A stretch of DNA of 33,573 nucleotides from Solirubrobacterales bacterium (GTDB lineage: Bacteria > Actinomycetota > Thermoleophilia > Solirubrobacterales > 70-9), in assembly GCA_036374255.1 (NCBI GenBank), contig DASUUD010000152.1, forward strand, positions 1 to 33,573, written 5' to 3'. The position numbers and the translations under genes were made by a program. The notes under the pieces are model-generated. The model was not told the origin of the DNA. It ran no database searches and saw only the letters and a program-made list of their open reading frames with translations. Every line of letters starts with the position of its first letter. The stretch's first letter is position 1. Shown here piece after piece: positions 7,611 through 17,331 of this stretch.

Positions 7611-9239
7611 ATGCGCGACGCCGTGATCGTCGGCGGCGGCCACAACGGCTTGGTGTGCGCCTCTTACCTCGCGCGCGCGGGGATCGATGTACTCGTGCTC
7701 GAGCGCCGAGCGCTGGTCGGCGGAGCCGCGGTAACCGAGGAACCATGGCCCGGCCACCGAGTCTCCAGCGCCTCGTACGTCGTCAGCCTGATCCCGCATC
7801 GGATCGAGCGCGAGCTGGAGCTTCGCCGTCACGGCTACCGCGTCTCGATCATCTCGCCCGACTACTACGTCCCCTTCTCCGACGACACCGCCCTGACCCT
7901 CTGGGGAGATGTCGAGCGTGACGCGCAGGAGATCGCCCGCTTCTCACCCGCCGATGCCGAGGCCTACGCGGAGTTCGACATCTACTTCGAGCGCATCTCC
8001 CGGCTCCTGCGCGAGCTGCTCTTCGTCGTCCCACCGAATCTCACCCTGCGGGATCTTCCGCAGTGGCTCGCGCTCGGCGCGCGGATGCGCCGCTGGTCAG
8101 GGCGCGATGTGGCCGAGCTGGTCCGGCTGTTCACGCTCTCGGCCGCAGACTTCCTCGACGAGTGGTTCAGCGACGAGCGGGTGAAGGGTGCGCTGGGCAC
8201 GCAGGCCATGGTCGGCGCGTGGGGCGGCCCGATGAGCCCCGGCTCAGCCTACGTGCTGATGCATCACTGGATCGGCGAGGTCGAGGGTCACGCCGGGGCC
8301 TGGGGTTGGGTCCACGGAGGCATGGGCGGGCTCAGCGAGGTGCTCGCCGCGGCGGCGAGAGCGGCGGGGGCCGAGATCCGCGTTGAGAGCCCGGTCGAGC
8401 GGATCCTGGTCCGTGGCGGCCGTGCGGCGGGCGTCGAGCTGGAAAACGGGAAGACGATCGAGGCTCGGAGCGTGATCTCCAACGCGCACCCGATCACCAC
8501 CTACCGGGACCTGGTCGGCGAGGAGCACCTTCCCGAGCCGGTGATTCAAGACATTCGTCGCTTTCGCACTCGCTCGGGCTCCGTCAAGGTCAACGCCGCC
8601 CTCTCGGAGCTGCCGCGGCCGAGCGCCTGGCGCGGCGAGATCCCCGGGGATCCACACCGTGGCCTGATCGCGATTGCGCCCTCGATCGAGTATCTCGAGC
8701 GCGCTTGGGACGACGCCAAGTACGGTCGCCCGTCGCAAAGCCCCTACGTGGAGGCGGTCTTCCCGACCGTTCACGAGCCGGGTCTCGCACCGGACGGATC
8801 GCAGCTGATGCTCGCCTTCGTCCAGTACGGCCCCTACGAGCTTGCCGAGGGTGACTGGGACGATCAGCGCGACGCTTTCGGGGCCCGCGTCATCGAGACG
8901 CTCGGCGAGTACATGCCGGGCATCGCGGACAGCGTCGAGCAGATCGAGGTGCTGGCCCCGCCGGACATCGAGCAACGCTTCGGTCTGCTCGGCGGCAACA
9001 TCATGCAGGGCGAGATGACGCCCGATCAGAGCTTCTTTCTGCGGCCGATCTTCGGATATGCGGATTACCGGACGCCGATCGCGGGCCTCTACATGTGCGG
9101 CTCCGGTACCCATCCCGGCGGTGGCGTGATGGGAGTTCCCGGGCGAAACTGCGCTCAGGTCGTGATCGGGGCATCGCGTCGCGCACACCGCCTCTCGACA
9201 CTCCGGCGTCTGGGCCGCCGGGCTGAGCCAAACCGCTAA
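7611..9239 (+). CDS. Phytoene desaturase (CrtI)-family NAD(P)/FAD-dependent oxidoreductase
   Basis: DAVIVGGGHNGLVCASYLARAGIDVLVLERRALVGG dinucleotide motif, 542 aa, and a C-terminal GLYMCGSGTHPGGGVMG block typical of the family. Confidence 0.85.
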   Translation: MRDAVIVGGGHNGLVCASYLARAGIDVLVLERRALVGGAAVTEEPWPGHRVSSASYVVSLIPHRIERELELRRHGYRVSIISPDYYVPFSDDTALTLWGDVERDAQEIARFSPADAEAYAEFDIYFERISRLLRELLFVVPPNLTLRDLPQWLALGARMRRWSGRDVAELVRLFTLSAADFLDEWFSDERVKGALGTQAMVGAWGGPMSPGSAYVLMHHWIGEVEGHAGAWGWVHGGMGGLSEVLAAAARAAGAEIRVESPVERILVRGGRAAGVELENGKTIEARSVISNAHPITTYRDLVGEEHLPEPVIQDIRRFRTRSGSVKVNAALSELPRPSAWRGEIPGDPHRGLIAIAPSIEYLERAWDDAKYGRPSQSPYVEAVFPTVHEPGLAPDGSQLMLAFVQYGPYELAEGDWDDQRDAFGARVIETLGEYMPGIADSVEQIEVLAPPDIEQRFGLLGGNIMQGEMTPDQSFFLRPIFGYADYRTPIAGLYMCGSGTHPGGGVMGVPGRNCAQVVIGASRRAHRLSTLRRLGRRAEPNR

Positions 9240-9940
9240 GCGGATTCCGAGTTCGAAGTCGCCCGCGAAGGGCCGATCGCGGTGACCGGTAGCCCGACCT
9301 CCGCTCGCACCCTCTCGGCGAGGTCGGTGGCCGAATCCCACCGGGCCTCCCGGTCGGGCAGCATGAGGATCTCGTTGGGCGGGAATTCCCGTAGGCCGTC
9401 GAGCAGCGACTCCATCGGGTTCGCGATGTCCGCCCGGCCGTTCGCCTTCACGCCTTCACCGCGCAGGCTCTGCAGTGCGGCGTCCAGGCGACGCCGTGCC
9501 ACGCCCATCTCCCGATCGACGTCGTCGGAAAGCTCGGCCAGGGGTGAGGAGGCGACCACCGGGGCAAGGATCATCGCTTCGGTGGAGGTGCGGTCGGAGC
9601 GTCGGCACACCTCCGCGCAGAGCGCCGGGTCCTCGAGTCCCTGGTTGGCGATCACAAGCACCCGGTGAAGGGGACCCTCCTCCGGCACGGTCACCTCCAG
9701 GCGCCCGGGGGGCTTGCCCCGGCCCTGGATGGCGAAGAGGACCATCGGAATCCACGCCGCCACTATGACGATCATGCCTGCGACTCCGCCGCCCACCCGG
9801 AAGACCAAGAAGGCGAGGACCAGCACGGCGAAGCCGTAGAGGGTCGCCGCGATTCCGACCAGATCCGAATCCAGCCAGCGGTTGACTCGCGCCCTGAAGC
9901 TGCCCGTGGCACGCGTATCCGTAGTTCCACCGCCAGACAT
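9236..9940 (-). CDS. Two-TM membrane protein with C-terminal USP-like (HUP-fold) domain
   Basis: The internal ATG at 9940 is used because the upstream part of the track ORF overlaps the cyclase gene. Two hydrophobic helices are followed by RVLVIANQG...AMILAPVV...LLDGLREFPPNEILMLP...PVTAI, which resembles a conserved actinobacterial USP-like family lacking the G-2x-G-9x-G(S/T) ATP motif. Confidence 0.65.
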   Translation of the reverse strand: MSGGGTTDTRATGSFRARVNRWLDSDLVGIAATLYGFAVLVLAFLVFRVGGGVAGMIVIVAAWIPMVLFAIQGRGKPPGRLEVTVPEEGPLHRVLVIANQGLEDPALCAEVCRRSDRTSTEAMILAPVVASSPLAELSDDVDREMGVARRRLDAALQSLRGEGVKANGRADIANPMESLLDGLREFPPNEILMLPDREARWDSATDLAERVRAEVGLPVTAIGPSRATSNSESA

Positions 9941-10028
9941 CGCTTCGAGCCTATTCAACTGGCTTCGCCCCCGCCTAGGGAGGGCGGCACTCGGCGGATC
10001 AAGGCGGCTCTGAGACCTGGGGGCGAGT

Positions 10029-13000
10029 TCAGTCCTCGACGAGAGAGAGCTCGGCCTCGATCCGGCTCGCCTGAGAAGTGGCGCCGATCCTCTCGAAGAG
10101 TCGCTGCGCCTCGCGAAGCTCGCTCTCATGCTCTGCTCGGTGACCCGCGAGCTTTGCGAGCCGGGCCGACTCCTCGTGGACGAGCGGCTCGATGCCACGG
10201 GCACCGATCTCCTTGATCAGGGCCGTTGCTCGGTCCAGGGCCAGTTCGACCTCAGACTGCTCATTCGGATCCTCACTGCCGATCAGAACTCGGCACAACG
10301 ACAGTTGAGCAACGAGCTCGTAGAACGGAGCCGCACGCTGACTGGCCAGCGCCACCCCCTGTCGTGCCACCTCACGGGCCTGCGCGATCTGTCCGGCCCC
10401 CAGATATGCCTCGCCCAGATAGGCCAAGGTCAAAGGTTCGAGGTCCAGTGCGGTGCCAGCCTCGCGCGAGATCTTGAGCGACCGCTGCAATGCCGCGATG
10501 GCCTCATCACAGTGGTTGCACAGACGCAGCGCAAGGCCGAGGTACAGATACGAGTGCGTGCGCGAGAAGACGTCGCCAATGCGCTCAGAGATCTCGACTG
10601 ATTGGTTTGCGTGGGGAAGGGCCAGGTCCGCGTTGCCCAGGTTCGAGGCCAGGAACACGTACTGTCCGTGGATCCATGCCGCCGTTTCTGCGTCCCCCTG
10701 TTCGAGGGCAAGGTGTAGGGCCCGATCATGTTCGGACACTGCCTGGGTCAATGGGACCGTGCCGAGAACTGCTCCGATGGCGCTCCTGAACATCACGCAT
10801 TGTGCATAGGGGCTGACCAGGCCGATACCGGTTCCGAGCGTCGGATCCTTCTCCCAGAGCTCCATCGCGGGTTCCGTCAGCTCGATCACCTCGCGTAACC
10901 GCCCCGCCTCATACAGCGCCCAGCTCGTGGGCGTCATGGAGGCGGCAAACACCGCCCGGTTCTCGTCCGCCACAAGCTCGCGCTGCCCCTCGAGCATCAC
11001 AGAGGCGTACTCAGCGGCTTCGCCTCGCATCACCCGCATGTGTGCATCCAGCGCGATCAGCACGCTGAGTGAGGACCGGTCCCCGCTTCGTTCGGCCAGC
11101 TCCCGCCCTTCCTCGAACGCCCGCTTGATCTCCTGCTCCTCTGCGCCCAGCCGCCAGGCGAAGTTGAGGATCGCAATGCGGGAGGAGACCCCCATGGCCA
11201 GGGTCTCGCGTGACTCCGGGACGGCGCGGGTGAGGTCGCGCACCTTTTGCCAATGGCGCAGGGACTCATGGGGGCTCGCGAATCCAACCCAAACGGCAGC
11301 TCGGGCGTTCCAGCGGGCGGATACGAGCTTTTCGTCCGCTTCCTCACGGTGGTGGCCGATCACCGCGGCAAGCTCGTCGAGTCGATCGGGGTAGAGCTGC
11401 TCGATCGCCTGCGCCACTCGGCCGTGCAGGGCTTTCCGCCGCTCAGCGAGCTGCGAGTGGTAGGCCACCTCCTCGGTGAGGTCGTACCGGAACGAGTACT
11501 CAGGCTCCGGGACGAGCGCGCGCTCGAAGAGGAGCTCTGCGTCGAGCAGGGCCTTGAGCGCCTGCTGAAGTTCCGGCTCCGGCAGTCTCACCACCAGCCT
11601 CAGCACGGGTTCGGCAAGCTCGTGCCCGATCACCGCCGCGGCTTGCAGCACGGACTTTTCGTTTTCGCCCAGGCGGTCGATGCGGTCAGCCAGGACCGAC
11701 TCCACGGTCGGGGGGATCTCCGCCTCTTCGATCGGGCGAATCATTCGGTAAGCCCCTCGGCTTCCGCTTAGGCTGCCGTTCTCGACAAGCCGTCGCACCA
11801 GCTCCTCGATGAAAAAGGGGTTGCCTCCGGCGCGCTCGCGGATCCGATCAACGAGACCTTCGAGTGAGGGATCGTTGCCGATCAGGTCGTGCAATAGCTC
11901 GCCAGTTGCCTCTGGGCCGAGCGGTGCCAGCGAGAGCTGCTGGTAGTAGGAGCGCTCCATCCAGTCGGCGTGGAACCCAGGGCGAAAGTTGAGTAGCAGG
12001 AGCGACCGGGTGCCGGGTAGACCGTCGACGAGGTTCGCGAGGAAGGCCTCGCTGCCAGGGTCGATCCACTGCAGATCCTCGATCAGGATCACGGACGGAC
12101 CCTGGTCGGAGCGTGCGCTGAGCAGCGCGTTCATCGTCCGGAAGAGCCGGCGCTGGCGTGCGCCGGGGTCAATTCGCGGCACCGGACGCTCGGGGTCGGG
12201 CAGGCCGAGCAGGTCGAAGAGCAGCGGCAGGCTCTCCTTCAGCGACTCGTCGAGCAGCACGATCCGCCCCGCGACCTTCTCCCGCGCCGCTCTGGCCGTA
12301 TCGCGATCGGTGATCCCGAAGTAGGAGCGGAGAAGCTCCAAAAGCGGCAGCAGCGGTAGCGATGCTCCGCGCGCCTTGCAGTGTCCCTCCCAAACGTCGA
12401 TCCCACGACCGCGGCATGCCGTCGCGAACTCGTAGCAGAGTCGGCTCTTGCCAATTCCCGCGTCGCCGACGACGCCGATCACTTGGGCATTTCCCTTGCT
12501 TGTGCGGGCGAGCACCGACTCCAGGGTCGCCATCTCCTGGTCGCGCCCGACGAAGCGTGAGAAGCCGCGCGCCCGCGAGACGTCGAGCCGGGTGCGCAGC
12601 CCGCCCAGTCCGGCCAGCTCGAAGACGCGCACCGGCTGGCGCGCGCCCTTGATGCGGAAATCGCCGAGGTCGCGCAGCTCGAAGTACCCCTCAACCAAGG
12701 CAGCCGTGTGCTGGGTGAGGTAGGCCTTGCCCGGCTCGGCGAGCGACTCCATCCGCTGCGCCAGGCCAACCGTATGGCCGATGGCCGTGTACTCGACCGC
12801 CAGGTCATCACCGATCCCACCGACCACGACCTCTCCTGTGTTGAGGCCGATCCGGACCAAGAAGTTCAGGCCCCGCTCACGACGAAGCTCGGCAGAATAG
12901 CCGGCAAGCTCGTCAGTGAGGTGAAGGGCGGCGTGGCAAGCCCGCGCGGCATGGTCCTCACGGGCGAGTGGGGCTCCGAACAGGGCCATCATCCCATCGC

Positions 13001-13541
13001 CGGTGAACTTGTCCACCGTGCCCTCGAAGCGGTGGACGGCCTCGCTGAGAATTGCGAAGAAGCGCCCCATGATGCCCCGCCACTCCTCAGGGTCGCATTG
13101 CTCCGCCAGTGTCATCGAGTCCATCACGTCGGCGAACAGAACGGTGACCTGCTTACGCTCGCCGGCAAGCGCTTCGCTGGCTACAAGAATCTCCTGTGCC
13201 AGATGGTCCGGGGTGTAGGAGCGGGGATCGGGTGCCGGGCCTTGGGCCTGCTGAGCGACTCCCCGTTCCTCCAGCGCGCGTCCGCATGCGTTGCAGAACG
13301 CTTGGCCCACCGGGTTGGAGGCGCCGCACGTCGGGCAGTTGGCTGCACCCACCAGTGGTTCTGCGCACTGGCCGCAGAACCGTGCACCCTCAGGGTTTCG
13401 ATATCCACAGGAATCGCACTCGGTCACGGCTGCACAGCCGAATTGTGGGGACGCGAAGTTGCCGCAACATCGGCGATACGCCGCGCCGTCGTTGCGGGCA
13501 ACTACGCAGGCGTTGCGGTACCGATCCCCGCGTATCCGCAA
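10029..13541 (-). CDS. Multidomain signalling protein: double zinc ribbon, class III adenylate/guanylate cyclase, STAND AAA ATPase and TPR-like helical repeats
   Basis: CDSCGYRNPEGARFCGQC and CPTCGASNPVGQAFCNAC are zinc ribbons. VTVLFADVMDS...FTGDGMMALFGAP...RIGLNTGEVVVG...YTAIGHTVGLAQRMES is a cyclase domain. GVVGDAGIGKSRL is a Walker A motif. A long helical C-terminus follows. The track start is a TTG at 13541; the GTG at 13427 (VTECDSC) is an alternative. Confidence 0.9.
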   Translation of the reverse strand: MRIRGDRYRNACVVARNDGAAYRRCCGNFASPQFGCAAVTECDSCGYRNPEGARFCGQCAEPLVGAANCPTCGASNPVGQAFCNACGRALEERGVAQQAQGPAPDPRSYTPDHLAQEILVASEALAGERKQVTVLFADVMDSMTLAEQCDPEEWRGIMGRFFAILSEAVHRFEGTVDKFTGDGMMALFGAPLAREDHAARACHAALHLTDELAGYSAELRRERGLNFLVRIGLNTGEVVVGGIGDDLAVEYTAIGHTVGLAQRMESLAEPGKAYLTQHTAALVEGYFELRDLGDFRIKGARQPVRVFELAGLGGLRTRLDVSRARGFSRFVGRDQEMATLESVLARTSKGNAQVIGVVGDAGIGKSRLCYEFATACRGRGIDVWEGHCKARGASLPLLPLLELLRSYFGITDRDTARAAREKVAGRIVLLDESLKESLPLLFDLLGLPDPERPVPRIDPGARQRRLFRTMNALLSARSDQGPSVILIEDLQWIDPGSEAFLANLVDGLPGTRSLLLLNFRPGFHADWMERSYYQQLSLAPLGPEATGELLHDLIGNDPSLEGLVDRIRERAGGNPFFIEELVRRLVENGSLSGSRGAYRMIRPIEEAEIPPTVESVLADRIDRLGENEKSVLQAAAVIGHELAEPVLRLVVRLPEPELQQALKALLDAELLFERALVPEPEYSFRYDLTEEVAYHSQLAERRKALHGRVAQAIEQLYPDRLDELAAVIGHHREEADEKLVSARWNARAAVWVGFASPHESLRHWQKVRDLTRAVPESRETLAMGVSSRIAILNFAWRLGAEEQEIKRAFEEGRELAERSGDRSSLSVLIALDAHMRVMRGEAAEYASVMLEGQRELVADENRAVFAASMTPTSWALYEAGRLREVIELTEPAMELWEKDPTLGTGIGLVSPYAQCVMFRSAIGAVLGTVPLTQAVSEHDRALHLALEQGDAETAAWIHGQYVFLASNLGNADLALPHANQSVEISERIGDVFSRTHSYLYLGLALRLCNHCDEAIAALQRSLKISREAGTALDLEPLTLAYLGEAYLGAGQIAQAREVARQGVALASQRAAPFYELVAQLSLCRVLIGSEDPNEQSEVELALDRATALIKEIGARGIEPLVHEESARLAKLAGHRAEHESELREAQRLFERIGATSQASRIEAELSLVED

Positions 13542-13555
13542 GGATCCCGAGTGCC

Positions 13556-14140
13556 GTGAGCAAGACCCAGTACTACTGCGCCGCCACCCTGGACGGGTAC
13601 ATCGCCGAGGCCGACGACAGCATCGACTGGTTGACCGGCTACCAGGGCACCTTCGAGGGCGAGGGGGTAGAGCCGAGCCCGATGAGCGGGGGAGGCGCCT
13701 ACGAGCGCTTCTACGAGGGCGTCGGGGCGCTGGTCAGCGGCTCGACCACATACGAGTTCGTCCTCGACCACCTCGGCGAGGGCGGGGAGTGGCCCTACCG
13801 GGGCAAGCCCTGCTGGGTCCTGAGTTCGCGAGACCTGCCCACCCCGGACGGCGAGGGGGTCGACGTGCGCGTCGCGAACTCCAGGGTCTCCGACCTCTAT
13901 GACGAGATGATCGCCGCGGCCGGCGAGCGAAACCTGTGGATCGTCGGGGGCGGCAACGTCGCATCGCAATTCGCCGCCGCGGGCCTGCTCGACGAGGTGC
14001 TGGTGGCGGTCGTCCCAGTCGTCTTGGGCGCGGGCAAGCCCCTCTTCGACCGCCGACTCCCCGGCGGCCCGATGCAGCTGCTCGGGACGCGCGTCTTCGG
14101 CAACGGCATGGTGGAGCTCCGGTACGAGATCAAACGTTAG
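13556..14140 (+). CDS. Dihydrofolate reductase family protein (RibD C-terminal domain-like)
   Basis: VSKTQYYCAATLDGYIAEADDSIDWL ... LWIVGGGNVASQFAAAGLLDEVLVAVVPVVLGAGKPLF is the typical RibD_C pattern. The GTG at 13556 has AAGGA upstream. The upstream track extension overlaps the cyclase gene. Confidence 0.8.
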   Translation: MSKTQYYCAATLDGYIAEADDSIDWLTGYQGTFEGEGVEPSPMSGGGAYERFYEGVGALVSGSTTYEFVLDHLGEGGEWPYRGKPCWVLSSRDLPTPDGEGVDVRVANSRVSDLYDEMIAAAGERNLWIVGGGNVASQFAAAGLLDEVLVAVVPVVLGAGKPLFDRRLPGGPMQLLGTRVFGNGMVELRYEIKR

Positions 14141-14147
14141 GGACGTT

Positions 14148-15533
14148 TCAACGCCGACCCGCCACCTGCCGCTTCTTGCCTCGCTTCTGCTGGCGGAGGC
14201 GCACGTGCCGGGCTTCTTTGCGGAGTTCCGACGCCACCTCGCGCATCAGGGCGGGGGCCTGGCGCGGTCGGTTGCGGACGGCGCCGCCGATCGCCCTGCC
14301 GATCAGGCGGGGCGTGAAGAGCCCGGAGGGGCGGAGTTCGTGGTTGAGCACCCGCAGCAGCTTCAGTGTCGCCTCCTCGTCGTCGGCGATCTCCCGCAGC
14401 ACCTCCAAGCCCAGGAGGGGAGACGAGGGCGCTCCCATATCCGTGGCGAGCTGGAACATCGCGTAGGCGTCGCGGTCGCGCCACTGCCACCAGCGGCCAA
14501 GCTCCGCGTCGATGCTCGCGCCGCCGCCGAGGCCCGCCTCGACGGCGTCGGCGAGCCTGCTCGCCTGGCGGAAGGCGTCGGAGATGCCCTGTGCCGGGGT
14601 CGGGTCCTTGAAGTGCCCGGCGTCGCCGACCAATGCCCAGCCGGGCCCGACGGCCTCCCGCAGGTAGCCGTGCCAATTCGCCGCCACCCGAATGGGGCCG
14701 ACCCGCTTCGCCCCGGCGACGATCTCGGCCAGCTCTGGCCAACGACGGAGTCCCGCCATGAATTCGCCCTCCCGGTCGGCGAGGAAGGTGTCCCGGGCTT
14801 CCATGAATGGGCAGGGCCCCGCCAGGAAGAGCCCTGCGTCGGTCGGCGTGGCGAGGAAGGCCAGCTCCCCCTTCTGCCCGAGGCGCAGGTTGCCCCCGGT
14901 GTCGGCGGCCCCTTCGAAGTAGGCCCACGAGAACAGTCGATGCGGCGGCATCACGTAGTACTCGGCCGCCCCGACCAAACCGGCCACGGTCGAGCTGCGG
15001 CCGTCGGCTCCCACCACGAGCGAGGCGCGAATCGATCCCTCCGTGGTCTCGACGCCCGCCACCCGCCCGGCCTCCGTCAGGAGACCGGTCACGGCGGTGC
15101 CCGCCCGCACCTCGGCTCCCGCGGACGCGGCCGCCTCGACGAGCAGGTGGTCGAAGGACACCCGTCGTATGCAGATCGCCGGCGCGCCAAGGTCCTTCGG
15201 ATCGACTCTGGCCTCGACCCTCACGTCTTCGTTGACGAGCGTGAACTGCGTCAGCGTCACGGCGCCGGCCGCGATCACGCCATCCAACAGCCCGAGCCGG
15301 CGGAGGATGGAAACGCCACACGGTTGAATCACGTGTGTGGAGAGCGTGTCGCTCGGGAACTCCGAGCGGTCCAGGAGGCAGACGCGCAACCCCCGCCCGG
15401 CCAGCATCGTCGCCAGCGGGGACCCGGCGCAGCGCGCCCCCACGATCACCACATCGAACCGGTCATCGCTCCCGCTCAAGGCCCCGCGGATCCTGACAGC
15501 TGTCCGAATCCCCTGCCACCGGCGCCCCGGCAT
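14148..15533 (-). CDS. FAD-dependent oxidoreductase/monooxygenase (geranylgeranyl reductase / halogenase-like fold)
   Basis: FDVVIVGARCAGSPLATMLAGRGLRVCLLDR dinucleotide motif and a later LVVGADGRSS block. The ATG at 15533 avoids overlap with the divergent DUF2254 gene. Confidence 0.8.
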   Translation of the reverse strand: MPGRRWQGIRTAVRIRGALSGSDDRFDVVIVGARCAGSPLATMLAGRGLRVCLLDRSEFPSDTLSTHVIQPCGVSILRRLGLLDGVIAAGAVTLTQFTLVNEDVRVEARVDPKDLGAPAICIRRVSFDHLLVEAAASAGAEVRAGTAVTGLLTEAGRVAGVETTEGSIRASLVVGADGRSSTVAGLVGAAEYYVMPPHRLFSWAYFEGAADTGGNLRLGQKGELAFLATPTDAGLFLAGPCPFMEARDTFLADREGEFMAGLRRWPELAEIVAGAKRVGPIRVAANWHGYLREAVGPGWALVGDAGHFKDPTPAQGISDAFRQASRLADAVEAGLGGGASIDAELGRWWQWRDRDAYAMFQLATDMGAPSSPLLGLEVLREIADDEEATLKLLRVLNHELRPSGLFTPRLIGRAIGGAVRNRPRQAPALMREVASELRKEARHVRLRQQKRGKKRQVAGRR

Positions 15534-15573
15534 GCCGTTAATCGTTTCGGGGAGCGGGTAGCGGTCAGGCCAG

Positions 15574-16899
15574 ATGACAGAGGGCCGAGTGCGGGTTGCC
15601 GCTCGAGAGCGCGTCACGGGGATCACCGATTCGCTGAAGACCACGTTCGGCTTCCCTGCCGCGCTCGCGATGTTCGTCGGACTGGTGGCGGGCTTCGGCC
15701 TGCCGTCTGTGGACGAGTGGCTGGACGTGAGCATTCCCCTCTTCGTCTTCTCGACTCAAGACGCCGCCCGCGGCATGCTGGAGACGATCGCCACGGTGAC
15801 GGTGGCAGTAGCCGGCATCTCCTTCTCGGTGACCGTGGTCGCCTTTACGCTTTCGGCCAACCAGCTGAGTCCCCTCGTCCTGCGCAGCTTCCGGCGGGAC
15901 AGGATCAGCCAGCTCACCCTCGCGGCGTTTCTCGGCACCTTCATCTACAGCCTGGCGGTGATGGTTCGTCTCGGCGCGCTGGGCCCGGATCGAGTCCCCA
16001 ACTTGTCGATCTCCGTCGCCGCACTGCTGGCGCTGCTCTCCTTCGGGCTGTTCGCCTGGTTCATCGCGCACATCACGAGCATGCTGCAGCCCTCTTCGAT
16101 CATCGCCTCGATCATCGACGACGCGCGGTCGGACGAGGGAGCCCCCTATCCGGCCGGAGTCGGCGCCGGACCGGACGAGACCTCGACCACAGCGACGATC
16201 CTGGTCGACGGTCCGGGGGCGCCGGTGAGGAGCGAATCGGAGGGATTCCTGACCGTCGTCAGGGGAGAGGAGGTGATCAGGCTCGCCCAGCAACGAGACG
16301 GCATCGTTCGCCAGCGCGCCCGCATCGGGGACTACGTCCTGCCCGGCGAGGAGCTGGCGGAGGCGTGGACGTCCTCGGGCCGGGAGGCAAGCGAGCTCGC
16401 CGATGTGCTCCAATCCTGCTTCGAGCTGGGACGACAGCGGACCCTGCCGATGGATCCGGGATTCCCGGTTCGCCAGCTCGCAGACGTGGCGCTGAAGGGC
16501 CTCTCGCCCGGCGTCAACGACCCGACCACCGCCCAGAACGCGATGGATGCGATGGCGGCACTCCTGATCCGCTTTGCCGGCTTCGGAGCGCCGTCCCGGG
16601 TGCGCACGGACGAATCGGGCAGCCCCCGCCTCCTCGCCGAGGCCCCCGATCTCGATGACCTGGTGCGTTTGGGCTTCGAGCAGGTGCGGGTCTTCGCCGC
16701 CTCCGACCCCGCCTTCCTGGTCCGCCTCCTCGATCTGCTCGCCCAGCTGCGGGAGGTCGCGAAGGGACGGGGGCTGCCTCACAACGAGATCGATCGGCAG
16801 GCATCGCTCATCGTGGACACGGCGGCCGCGGAGCTGCGGCCGGCGGACCTGGTGACGGTGAGGGAGGCATACGTCCGTCTGCACGGCCAGCGCCGATAG
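15574..16899 (+). CDS. DUF2254 domain membrane protein
   Basis: TM helices plus the conserved block VAGISFSVTVVAFTLSANQLSPLVLRSFRRDRISQLTLAAFLGTFIYSL, followed by a soluble domain of about 250 aa. Confidence 0.85.
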   Translation: MTEGRVRVAARERVTGITDSLKTTFGFPAALAMFVGLVAGFGLPSVDEWLDVSIPLFVFSTQDAARGMLETIATVTVAVAGISFSVTVVAFTLSANQLSPLVLRSFRRDRISQLTLAAFLGTFIYSLAVMVRLGALGPDRVPNLSISVAALLALLSFGLFAWFIAHITSMLQPSSIIASIIDDARSDEGAPYPAGVGAGPDETSTTATILVDGPGAPVRSESEGFLTVVRGEEVIRLAQQRDGIVRQRARIGDYVLPGEELAEAWTSSGREASELADVLQSCFELGRQRTLPMDPGFPVRQLADVALKGLSPGVNDPTTAQNAMDAMAALLIRFAGFGAPSRVRTDESGSPRLLAEAPDLDDLVRLGFEQVRVFAASDPAFLVRLLDLLAQLREVAKGRGLPHNEIDRQASLIVDTAAAELRPADLVTVREAYVRLHGQRR

Positions 16900-16921
16900 C
16901 CGACTCGTTTCGTCCGCGGCC

Positions 16922-17254
16922 ATGCCTAGCCTGAGCTTGGTGATCTCCCGGGCAGCGGTGGAAGCGGTGACCAGCGCAGAGAACCTGTCGCAGGCATCGG
17001 ACGAGAGCACGGGCATCATGGCGGTCCGGGCTCAGGAGGTGGTCGCAGAACTGCGCCGCCTTGAAGGATTGACGACTGGCGAGGCGAGGCGGCTGGGCCG
17101 CGAGGCGGTGATCCACGTCGGCGGCCATGTCGAGCCCATCCCCAAGGGGATGCTGCGGCCGGGCCGCCTGGTCGCGGCAGAGCGTCGCGAGATCTGGTGG
17201 GTGCCGAGCACAGCGATTCGCCGCTCGCGCTCGGCTTCCGTCAGTCCGGTTTAG
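16922..17254 (+). CDS. Hypothetical protein (weakly supported; possible start at the ATG at 17018)
   Basis: Open frame with GC-rich third positions, no recognisable domain and no clear RBS. It lies in a gap not claimed by any better ORF. Confidence 0.3.
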   Translation: MPSLSLVISRAAVEAVTSAENLSQASDESTGIMAVRAQEVVAELRRLEGLTTGEARRLGREAVIHVGGHVEPIPKGMLRPGRLVAAERREIWWVPSTAIRRSRSASVSPV

Positions 17255-17331
17255 CTCGTCAAATCAGTGGTAGGTGCAGTCAGGTAGGTCGTTGGACGAA
17301 TGTCCGATTAGATCGACCATAGGAGGCGAAA

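Noticed and set aside
9941-10204. Upstream extensions of track ORFs: 9236..10204, 6320..6829, 13196..14140, 14148..15734, 27864..28925 and 24245..24604
   Set aside because: The extensions overlap neighbouring genes and have junk-like composition. Internal starts give proper signal peptides, RBSs or canonical family N-termini.
10029-13541. STAND NTPase as a possible Avs-like anti-phage defence gene
   Set aside because: The cyclase, AAA ATPase and helical/TPR repeat architecture is a widespread actinobacterial signalling and regulatory layout. There is no nuclease, protease, TIR, SIR2 or other effector domain, and no mobile-element or defence-island context.
14205-16658. 817-aa plus-strand ORF spanning the FAD oxidoreductase and DUF2254 loci
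   Set aside because: Its composition is Arg/Gly/Pro/Ala-rich and low in complexity, typical of off-frame or antisense translation in roughly 70% GC DNA. It overlaps two ORFs with clear domain signatures (14148..15533 minus, 15574..16899 plus in another frame).
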